From positions 2,914,001-2,978,000 of the forward strand of contig CATNEN010000008.1 in the NCBI GenBank assembly GCA_950097015.1: a DNA stretch of 64,000 bases, given 5' to 3'. This document shows, in pieces, positions 50,281 to 60,900 of this stretch. The notes below the pieces were generated by a model. That model was given only the letters and a program-made list of their open reading frames with translations, was not told where the DNA came from and did not search any database. Origin of the DNA: Macrostomum hystrix (taxonomy: Eukaryota > Animalia > Platyhelminthes). Each line of letters opens with the position of its first letter. The first letter of the stretch is position 1. The translations under genes and the position numbers were made by a program.

Positions 50281-53200
50281 AGGACAGTCAGAGAGTCAGG
50301 ACAGTCAGAGAGTCAGGATAGTCAGAGAGTCAGGACAGTCAGAGAGTCAGGATAGTCAGAGAGTCAGGACAGTCAGAGAGTCAGGACAGTCAGAAAGTCG
50401 GGATAGTCAGAGAGTCAGGATAGTCAGAGAGTCGGGATAGTCAGAAAGTCGGTATAGTCAGAGAGTCAGGATAGTCAGAGAGTAAGTGGAGTCAGAGAGT
50501 CAGCATAGTCAGAGAGTCAGGATAGTCAGAGAGTCAGGATAGTCAGAGAGTCGGGATAGTCAGAGAGTCAGGATAGTCAGAGAGTCGGGATAGTCAGAGA
50601 GTCAGGAGAGTCAGAGAGTCAGGAGAGTCAGAGAGTCAGGATAGTCAGAGAGTCAGGATAGTCAAAGAGTAAGGGGAGTCAGAGAGTCAGGACAGTCAGA
50701 GAGTCAGGACAGTCAGAGAGTCAGGAGAGTCAGAGAGTCAGGATAGTCAGAGAGTCAGGACAGTCAGAGAGTCAGGACAGTCAGAGAGTCAGGATAGTCA
50801 GAGAGTCAGGAGAGTCAGAGAGTCAGGACAGTCAGAGAGTCAGGACAGTCAGAGAGTCAGGAGAGTCAGAGAGTCAGGATAGTCAGAGAGTCAGGATAGT
50901 CAAAGAGTCAGGATAGTCAGAGAGTCAGGAGAGTCAGAGAGTCAGGATAGTCAGAGAGTCAGGATAGTCAAAGAGTAAGGGGAGTCAGAGAGTCAGGACA
51001 GTCAGAGAGTCAGGACAGTCAGAGAGTCAGGAGAGTCAGAGAGTCAGGAGAGTCAGAGAGTCAGGACAGTCAGAGAGTCAGGACAGTCAGAGAGTCAGGA
51101 GAGTCAGAGAGTCAGGATAGTCAGAGAGTCAGGATAGTCAAAGAGTCAGGATAGTCAGAGAGTCAGGAGAGTCAGAGAGTCAGGATAGTCAGAGAGTCAG
51201 GATAGTCAAAGAGTAAGGGGAGTCAGAGAGTCAGGACAGTCAGAGAGTCAGGACAGTCAGAGAGTCAGGAGAGTCAGAGAGTCAGGATAGTCAGAGAGTC
51301 AGGACAGTCAGAGAGTCAGGACAGTCAGAGAGTCAGGATAGTCAGAGAGTCAGGAGAGTCAGAGAGTCAGGACAGTCAGAGAGTCAGGACAGTCAGAGAG
51401 TCAGGACAGTCAGAGAGTCAGGACAGTCAGAGAGTCAGGATAGTCAGAGAGTCAGGAGAGTCAGAGAGTCAGGACAGTCAGAGAGTCAGGACAGTCAGAG
51501 AGTCAGGAGAGTCAGAGAGTCAGGATAGTCAGAGAGTCAGGATAGTCAAAGAGTCAGGATAGTCAGAGAGTCAGGAGAGTCAGAGAGTCAGGACAGTCAG
51601 AGAGTCAGGAGAGTCAGAGAGTCAGGAGAGTCAGAGAGTCAGGACAGTCAGAGAGTCAGGATAGTCAGAGAGTCAGGATAGTCAGAGAGTCAGGATAGTC
51701 AGAGAGTCAGGACAGTCAGAGAGTCAGGACAGTCAGAGAGTCAGGATAGTCAGAGAGTCAGGACAGTCAGAGAGTCAGGACAGTCAGAGAGTCAGGATAG
51801 TCAGAGAGTCAGGACAGTCAGAGAGTCAGGACAGTCAGAGAGTCAGGATAGTCAGAGAGTCAGGACAGTCAGAGAGTCAGGACAGTCAGAGAGTCAGGAT
51901 AGTCAGAGAGTCAGGAGAGTCAGAGAGTCAGGATAGTCAGAGAGTCAGGAGAGTCAGAGAGTCAGGATAGTCAGAGAGTCAGGATAGTCAGAGAGTCAGG
52001 ATAGTCAGAGAGTCAGGACAGTCAGAGAGTCAGGACAGTCAGAGAGTCAGGATAGTCAGAGAGTCAGGAGAGTCAGAGAGTCAGGATAGTCAGAGAGTCA
52101 GGATAGTCAGAGAGTCAGGACAGTCAGAGAGTCAGGACAGTCAGAGAGTCAGGACAGTCAGAGAGTCAGGACAGTCAGAGAGTCAGGATAGTCAGAGAGT
52201 CAGGACAGTCAGAGAGTCAGGATAGTCAGAGAGTCAGGATAGTCAGAGAGTCAGGATAGTCAGAGAGTCAGGATAGTCAGAGAGTCAGGATAGTCAGAGA
52301 GTCAGGAGAGTCAGAGAGTCAGGATAGTCAGAGAGTCAGGACAGTCAGAGAGTCAGGATAGTCAGAGAGTCAGGAGAGTCAGAGAGTCAGGATAGTCAGA
52401 GAATCAGGATAGTCAAAGAGTAAGGGGAGTCAGAGAGTCAGGATAGTCAGAGAGTCAGGACAGTCAGAGAGTCAGGATAGTCAGAGAGTCAGGAGAGTCA
52501 GAGAGTCAGGATAGTCAGAGAGTCAGGACAGTCAGAGAGTCAGGATAGTCAGAGAGTCAGGAGAGTCAGAGAGTCAGGATAGTCAGAGAATCAGGATAGT
52601 CAGAGAGTCGGGATAGTCAGAGAGTCAGGAGAGTCAGAGAGTCGGGATAGTCAGAGAGTCAGCATAGTCAGAGAGTCAGGATAGTCAGAGAGTCGGGATA
52701 GTCAGAGAGTCAGGAGAGTCAGAGAGTCGGGATAGTCAGAGAGTCGGGATAGTCAGAGAGTCGGGATAGTCAGAGAGTCGGGGATAGTCAGAGAGTCGGG
52801 GATAGTCAGAGAGTCAGGATAGTCAGAGAGTCGGGATAGTCAGAGAGTCGGGGATAGTCAGAGAGTCGGGGATAGTCAGAGAGTCGGGATAGTCAGAGAG
52901 TCGGGATAGTCAGAGAGTCGGGGATAGTCAGAGAGTCGGGATAGTCAGAGAATCAGGATAGTCAGAGAGTCGGGGATAGTCAGAGAGTCGGGATAGTCAG
53001 AGAGTCGGGATAGTCAGAAAGTCGGTATAGTCAGAGAGTCGGGATAGTCAGAGAGTCGGGATAGTCAGAGAGTCGGGATAGTCAGAGAGTCGGGGATAGT
53101 CAGAGAGTCAGGATAGTCAAAGAGTAAGGGGAGTCAGAGAGTCAGCATAGTCAGAGAGTCAGGATAGTCAGAGAGTCAGGACAGTCAGAGAATCAGGATA

Positions 53201-54015
53201 GTCAGAGAGTAAGTGGAGTCAGAGAGTCAGCATAGTCAGAGAGTCAGGAGAGTCAGAGAGTCAGGATAGTCAGAAAGTCGGGATAGTCAGAGAGTCAGGA
53301 TAGTCAGAGAGTCAGCATAGTCAGAGAGTCAGGATAGTCAGAAAGTCGGTATAGTCAGAGAGTCGGGATAGTCAGAGAGTCGGGGATAGTCAGAGAGTCG
53401 GGATAGTCAGAAAGTCGGTATAGTCAGAGAGTCGGGATAGTCAGAGAGTCGGGATAGTCAGAAAGTCGGTATAGTCAGAGAGTCGGGATAGTCAGAGAGT
53501 CAGGAGAGTCAGAGAGTCGGGATAGTCAGAGAGTCGGGGATAGTCAGAGAGTCGGGATAGTCAGAGAGTCGGGGATAGTCAGAGAGTCGGGATAGTCAGA
53601 GAGTCGGGATAGTCAGAAAGTCGGTATAGTCAGAGAGTCGGGATAGTCAGAGAGTCGGGGATAGTCAGAGAGTCAGGAGAGTCAGAGAGTCAGGATAGTC
53701 AGAGAGTCGGGATAGTCAGAGAGTCGGGATAGTCAGAGAGTCGGGATAGTCAGAGAGTCGGGATAGTCAGAGAGTCGGGGATAGTCAGAGAGTCAGGAGA
53801 GTCAGAGAGTCGGGATAGTCAGAGAGTCGGGGATAGTCAGAGAGTCGGGATAGTCAGAGAGTCGGGGATAGTCAGAGAGTCGGGATAGTCAGAGAGTCGG
53901 GATAGTCAGAGAGTCGGGATAGTCAGAGAGTCGGGGATAGTCAGAGAGTCGGGATAGTCAGAGAGTCGGGATAGTCAGAAAGTCGGGATAGTCAGAGAGT
54001 CGGGGATAGTCAGGG
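50281..54015. repeat. 17-bp minisatellite (GACAGTCAGAGAGTCAG), ~3.7 kb
   Basis: About 220 tandem copies with variant units. Confidence 0.97.
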
Positions 54016-54548
54016 CAGTCAGAACAAGAGCCATTTTACTATTTATTCACAAGCATGCTGTTTTGCCACTATCTATCGTGAAATTTTCACCATTTTATAA
54101 AGCTTGCAGTGTGTATCACACCACTTTTAGGTCTCAGAATCAAGTATGTTGAATTTATGATTAGTGCACGCATTCGTACAGGTCCTAAATAATACTCGCG
54201 CACAACTAACTGTTGGATCAGTACTGAGTGCAAAGACTAAAGGTTAATTTCAGTTGTATTTGAACAGAGCGCTTTCACTTGTCGTGCAGTTAGTAATCTG
54301 TACAGGCCAATCTTTAGCCGGCCCTACCAAGCCAAACCTCCTAAGCCTGACATTCCTTCAATCTTTCAATTCAGGCAAACACGACCATCGAGGTATGAGA
54401 GCTGCTTTCGTTGCTAAGATTAGATAAACTGAGGTCAAAATGTGCGGACAAACATTTCTAAGTTAAAATTGAAATCTGAAAAGCGGTTGGTATCAGAGTC
54501 AGAAGCGACTCAGAACACACGTTGAATAGGCGCTAGCCGCAGACAGAC

Positions 54549-55421
54549 ATGGATTCCATTATGTCTTACTGGTCTCGCAGTCCCCTGACCGCGACTTTGG
54601 CGGCCTCTGGCGCTGTCGCCGTCTGCCTGCTGGTCGCGACTCGCATCTTCCGCCGAAAGCGATCTGGCCCGCGCGTGCCTAACTACAAGCAGGATGTGGT
54701 GTACCTGTTCAACTTTCCCAGCTGTCGCACCATTGTTAGCATATCGCCATTCGCTTTGAAGCTGGAGACCTGGCTGCGGCTGAAGAAGATTCCGCACGTT
54801 GTGACGCGCAAGATGCTGGTGTGGAGCAAGAAGGGCCAGATACCATTCATTGAGCTGAACGGTGAGGAGTACAACGAGTCCAACCTCATCATCGCCAAGC
54901 TGACGAAGCACTTCAGCGTGCGGGAGAGCCTCACCGAAGAGCAGCAGGGCTGGGCCAGGGGCCTGGAGATGATGCTGGAGAACCAGACCGTGTATTCCTA
55001 CTTTTATTATCGCTATGTTGAGGACGTTGTGAACTTCATCAACACCTGGGAGTTCTGTGGCTACCTGCTGCGTCAGTTTCTTTATTTTACCTTCCCGCGC
55101 GGCTACGGCAAGAAGGTGGAGTACCACGGCATCGGCAGGAACACTGTGCCAGAGATGTACGAAATGGGCTTCCAGGACATCATGGCGCTGTCCAAGGCGC
55201 TTGGTGACAAGCAGTTCCTGTTTGGCAACGAGATCTCCACGGTTGACTGCTACGCTTTCGGCCACCTGGCCCAGATTCTCTACATCCCCATCAACTATCC
55301 GCACAAGAAGTTCATGCGAGACAACACGCCAAACCTGTGCGACTATGTCGATCGAATTCGAGAGCGACTTTGGCCGGACTGGGAGCAGCTGTCCATGGAG
55401 AATCTTCAGGGCTCGCGCTGA
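54549..55421 (+). CDS. FAXC: Failed axon connections homolog (FAX/metaxin-related GST-like fold), single exon, 290 aa
   Basis: N-terminal membrane anchor, then DVVYLFNFP...SISPFALKLETWLR, SKKGQIPFIELNG, LGDKQFLFG and DCYAFGHLAQ, and C-terminal PNL..Y.DRIRERLWPDW, typical of FAX proteins. Confidence 0.92.
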   Translation: MDSIMSYWSRSPLTATLAASGAVAVCLLVATRIFRRKRSGPRVPNYKQDVVYLFNFPSCRTIVSISPFALKLETWLRLKKIPHVVTRKMLVWSKKGQIPFIELNGEEYNESNLIIAKLTKHFSVRESLTEEQQGWARGLEMMLENQTVYSYFYYRYVEDVVNFINTWEFCGYLLRQFLYFTFPRGYGKKVEYHGIGRNTVPEMYEMGFQDIMALSKALGDKQFLFGNEISTVDCYAFGHLAQILYIPINYPHKKFMRDNTPNLCDYVDRIRERLWPDWEQLSMENLQGSR

Positions 55422-56241
55422 GACTTGCCGACTGGGTTGCTGTGCGAAACAGGCTCGACAGTGTTCAAATAGTTTAACTGGCTTGTTAATTTGGCAATAA
55501 TTTTTGGCATTCTACGTACGTATTTGGCTGTCATGTCGTTTTGATTCTTAGAATGGGGTTTTTATGAAATCAGTTTGTTTTCTACCTACGAATCGCAGTA
55601 CGAAAATATGCCGACACAATTTTACTCGCAACATGTTCTTGTTGAAGCCATGATTTGCACAAATGATTTTCATTTTCCCTAATGAAAAAATTCGAAATGA
55701 ATTTATTTCTTACATTGTTAGAATTCTAAAAATGTCAGCCTAGTCAGAAAATAGAAATATAACTTCACTGCTGCAAGTAGTATTACATGGTCATATGCAT
55801 TCAATGAAAGCAGCATTATGAGTGTTTGTAGATTTTCGGGCTCCGAATCACCCGAGGGCAGCTCTGGCAAGCGGGCGGAAAGCAAGAAATACGAGTGAAT
55901 CCGTAGTGAATGAAGAATAATGAATCTAAGAGAAGTAGGCTGCAGGCCCAGCTATTTCATTGGGCAAACAGCTCCGGCAGCGATTGGCTGTCGGACAGAA
56001 TGGGGGTATGAAAAATCGGCCCAGGGAGTGGGGTGGTTGGCGCTAGGACGCATGACGTGTCAATCTGTTACTGGTGCTCCTTTGTCTCCTCTGTAAAATA
56101 GTATCGAGCTGCCTGTACGCCCGCGTCATTCCTTTTGTTATACTGCGCCTAATAAACTCGCTATAATGCTCATCTTGCAAAATTGTGCAATAAGGTCACG
56201 GATCATGAGACCGGTGAGCATAGACAGACGAGGCTAAACAT

Positions 56242-57893
56242 TTACAAGTCAGTCTCAGCTGGAGGCCCGCCGCCACCTAGCAGCGGCTGCGAGTGTCTGG
56301 CGCAGGCTCGGCGGTGCCTGGACGCTGCAGCTTCGTCTGCGTCGCCAGCCCTGGACGGTTTGAGCTTCAGCCGCTTCTTCCAGTAGGCCTTGCCGAGCTT
56401 CTGCGAGTGCGTGGCCTGCGACGCTCCCTCCGTCACGAGCTTCTTCATCTTCTTGACCTTGCCGCCGGCAAAGGAGTTCACTTTGGCCAGCAGCGCCTTT
56501 GTTGCGTACTCCTGCACCGAGTTCCTGGACACGTGCACAATCTGTGAGTGCGAGTAGTACAGCATAAAGTGATTCACGAGAATCGGCACCGTGAAGGCTA
56601 TCAGGAGTAGCCCGCTCAGGGCACAGGCTGAACCCACGATGCGACCTGCGGGGTGGGTGACATTGGCGAAAGGTGTAATTGTGGTGGGTGTAGCTGCGGT
56701 GGTTCAGATGGATGATGAATGAGCATGACCGAATTATTAGGTGAGATACGAGATAAAAATAGTTTTGATAATTTCATCTAAATTGAAATCTTCCAAAGTA
56801 CACTTTAGCCCAAATATTTTCTGTCCTAAAAATGGTCGCATATTTTCATCATTCGAAACTGTCAAAACGACATAAGCTGACATTCTGACATTCTCCTTAT
56901 GCTGTTGTTGGGGGGGCCAATCTCGGACACGTCAATGAGGCCTGCGCAAAAACATGCCCCCCTGGAGGCTGCGTCGGTGGCCCTGTTGTAAAAAGGGACT
57001 GCCTAGTGGATGTTTTTCTCCTCTACCCATGTCTGCAGTCAAAAGTACACGAATTGGGGCGGACCGCAGGACTTGTTAAACTCGGCTGGCAGCGCTTGGA
57101 GCCTAAAGAAGCTTTCAATTCCTGTCAGATCGGCCCGCCCTCGTATACTTGTGTTCCTTTCTATCGGAGGAAATAGTGAATTTTACAGCCCTCGGGAGGC
57201 TGAAAAATGCTCTTGGCTCGTATGTCAGCGGAGGGACTTGCCCGCAGGGGAATAGTTTTACCGCTATTTTCCTGCCAAAGAGCGACTCCTGTCCGACAGA
57301 GAAAGCCGCTGCTTTTTATTGTTTCGTTTAGGGATAAGGTTACGGTGAGGATCTTGCAACAATTCAACAGCCTAATCCACCTAAGGTGGATTACAGTAGA
57401 ATCATTTTATCAATTGAAATGATGTGACGAAGTAGATGATACATTGAACAGGTTGATACTATGACAAGCCCCCAAGCCTTCTCTCAGCGGCTGCGCCCTA
57501 AATGAATGTGGCCTCGCCGAAGTAGTCAAAGTAGACATTGAGCGGGAATAAAGGGTAAGCAGAGTGAATAGAACTCACCTGAGCTCGTCTGCGGAACCAG
57601 GTCGCCGTAGCCGACGGTTGTCATGGTGACCAGGGACCACCAGAAGCCGTCAAACATCGACGTGAACTGTGAATCGGCGCCGCCCTTCTGCTGACACTTG
57701 GAACAGTCCACGCCTTTGGCGCCTTCAGCGGCCTGTTGTGGTACATGCGTCTCGCCGCTGCGCGACTTCTCGCAGAAGAAGATCAGAGTGCTGAACAGCA
57801 GGGTGCCCAGTGCTACGAAGACACCCATGAGCATGAGGTCGCGGAGAGAAGTTTTCAGTGTGTAGATCAGAACCTGAGTGTGGTTTTGGAGGC

Positions 57894-57928
<35 letters not shown>

Positions 57929-60900
57929 AAGTAGTAGTATTGACGATAGCAACTAGAAAAGTACGAGTACTTTGACGAGGCAACCAATGAACAACCCGAG
58001 TTGTCCCATATCCGATTAGCTTAGCGCACCCTGGGGACTTTCGGGATCGACTTCTAGAGGGGAAATAAAAGAGAGCACAGACAGCCAGATAGACCAGAGT
58101 GACAGATGCGCAAAGGGGAATGTGCAATGGGTGATGCATGAGTAATAGGACTTTATAGAGTCTCGCCTGAAGATTTTATGGCTAAATTTGCAAATCCATG
58201 AAGACAACGCTACAGGTTTTCAAGCTCAGGAATTCTGCGGTTGTTCCCAAATACTCGAACATTACTACCACGCCAGAATTACGAGCGTAGATGTACGAGT
58301 TAAATCACTATAAGCACACATGACAGTACCATCACTGAGACCAGATATGACAGTACCATCACTGAGACCAGACATGACAGTACCATCACTGAGACCAGAC
58401 ATGACAGCACCATCACTGAGACCAGACATGACAGTACCATCACTGAGACCAGACATGACAGTACCGTCACTGAGACCAGACATGACAGTACCATCACTGA
58501 GACCAGACATGACAGTACCATCACTGAGACCAGACATGACAGTACCGTCACTGAGACCAGACATGATAGTACTGTAACTAAGTCGCTAATGCGAGATGCA
58601 GAAGGGAACGCAAGAAGGTGAATATATTTGCGAGGGGCTGGGCCTCGCGCACTTGTTAAGTGGGGTACAGAACAGTCTATGGCTGCTTAAGCAGCGGCAT
58701 CGGTCAGAACAGTCTATGGCTGCTTAAGCAGCGGCATCGGTCAGAACAGTCTATGGCTGCTTAAGCAGCGGCATCGGTCAGCTAACAACAAAGATAGTTA
58801 AAGTACGAGTACAACATTTCTCCCTGATCTCAAGATCAAAAGAGATTAAGCTTCGTAGCGGACTGGTGCCGACCTCTCGCGACTTGACCGCCGGGGTTCG
58901 CCGTTCCGCTCAACGGCTCGCTCTACTCCAGGCGGCTGTGGTTGCGAGCCTGGGGCCGGCCGGACGTCAGCAATGTGACGGGGAAGTCCATCGACCTCCA
59001 CTGTAGCCCCTTATCTCTGGCCTGTCACGCGCCCCCTTGGCCACTCGTCGGTACACCTGACGGCCGGCGGCTTGACGAACACTTCCGTTCCGACCGGCAG
59101 GGCAGGGCTTGACTCCGGTGTCTTAGAGGCCTCGGGGAGATCCAACATGGGCGGCTTCCAGTCGTAAGTGCTGAGCATTCTGCTGGGCACGCTGCACTCC
59201 CGAGTACCATCCTTCGGAGCCATGTTGTACCAGAATACCATGTCCAGCACGTCCTTGCCGGTTCTGGATGTCATCCGCTTGATCGTACGATGGTTTCGCT
59301 CGACTATCCCGTTGCCCGACGGCCGGTGAGCGCAGCAGAAGAGGAGCTGCACTCCCCATGCTTCGCAGAATGCACGCACCTCGGCAGAGCGGAAGGTCGC
59401 CGAGTTGTCCAGAAACAGCTGCCAGGGAGGGCCCCGCTCTCGGAAGACTTGCACGAGTGTCCCTATGATCGAAGCTGTCCGCTCGTCTGGGAGTTTTCGC
59501 CACAGTGCGAATCTCTCGGCCCGCAGTCAACAATCGACAGATAGCGGTCATCCTTGAAGTGGGTCACGTCGCAGGCCAAACGCCACCAGTTTGCGTCCAC
59601 CTCGAGACTTCCATGGTCCCAATTCACCGGCGCAGGGTCCACGGATTTGAAGCGGATGCAGTTTGCCACGACGCGCTCGACCTCTTCGCGTAGTACCTCA
59701 CGCCCAGAGAGGCACAGTTTGGCCAGGTAGAGCGTTCTGTCCACGCCGAAGTGATGTTTCTCGTGGCACGCACGGAGATCCGTGTCGATAGGGTGTAGCG
59801 CTACTGCACACAAAGGCCGCTGGCGCAGCCACTGCTGTGGTACTCGCGTCAGCGCGTCTGCCTTGTTTAACGAGGATGGCACCAGCGACACATCCAGCTC
59901 CAGGCGACATTCTCCTGCCGTGTCCCGGATCAAAGCCAGCCGCCTCCTCGCTAGAGATTCGCCCAGCCCCTTGACCCTGACGGGCTTGTCACCGGCAATC
60001 AGTGATCTAATCCAGCCGTACACGGTTGCCGAGTCGCTCATTATTTGGACTCTTTTTGAACCCTAAGCAATGGCTAGATTGAGACCCTTGATGACCGCTT
60101 CGAGTTCGGCTAGGTTTATGTGGGCGGCGTCGTCCGGCTTGCGAAGCCATGATGCGTCCTCTGCGATGACACCGTTTACTTCTAAACATACGCCGATTGC
60201 GATGCTGCTGGCGTCGCACCAGACGCGGCAGTCTGAGGCGTCGTCGACTGTCCACACGCCGCTCACTGGATCGCGCTCTTGAACCATTCTGCTGATTTCG
60301 CGGGCCATCTGCATTACGGACTCGTTCACACTGGCTTCCCAGGCGACTCCCCCGGCGGCGCGCTTAAGGTAGCTGCAAGCGACGCGCAACCATCCGGCAA
60401 CTGGGAAATGTCCCACAAATTGGCCGCACCAGGAGAATAACTGGCGCCGAGTCGCAGAAACTGCGAGGTGAGAAAGAACGTTGTCCCGCTTCCAGCAGGC
60501 GACCCCGTCTTCGCGGCGGAAGATGCGTAGACCCAGTACCCGGCGTCCGATGAGACTTTCAGGCGGTTTCGCATCGAGCCCAAAGCGTGATAGGAGATTC
60601 AGAACGCGTTCGTTCGGGGCACTGTCATTGGCCACGATAATGTCGTCTATGTACGAGTCGGTGCCAGCGCGCACGTCCTCCTCCATAGAGAGCACTCTGT
60701 TGACTACCGCGGTTATGATTCTCGGAGCCACGTTCAGGCCAAAGCCGAGTCTCATTAGGCAGTTGCGGCGACCTTTGAACTCCACCACCTCGTAACGCCA
60801 GAGCGAGGGCTCAACTCTCAACTGCAGATAGGCCTTTCGCAGGTCTATGACGCTGGTATTCTCGCCCAGTCGCCTCCAATCGCGAATTTTTGCTCCGCAG

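Noticed and set aside
54510-55304. 264-aa antisense ORF, and similar antisense ORFs over the MACPF, CD36, TRP and pol regions
   Set aside because: Shadow frames of GC-rich coding sequence on the opposite strand.
58265-58577. MSGLSDGTV / MTVPSLRPD repeat ORFs (also 62837-63506)
   Set aside because: Translations of the 27-bp intronic minisatellite.
58864-58876. TGGTGCCGA as a canonical PBS
   Set aside because: Wrong strand and wrong end of the element, 47 bp from the LTR and inside the integrase tail.
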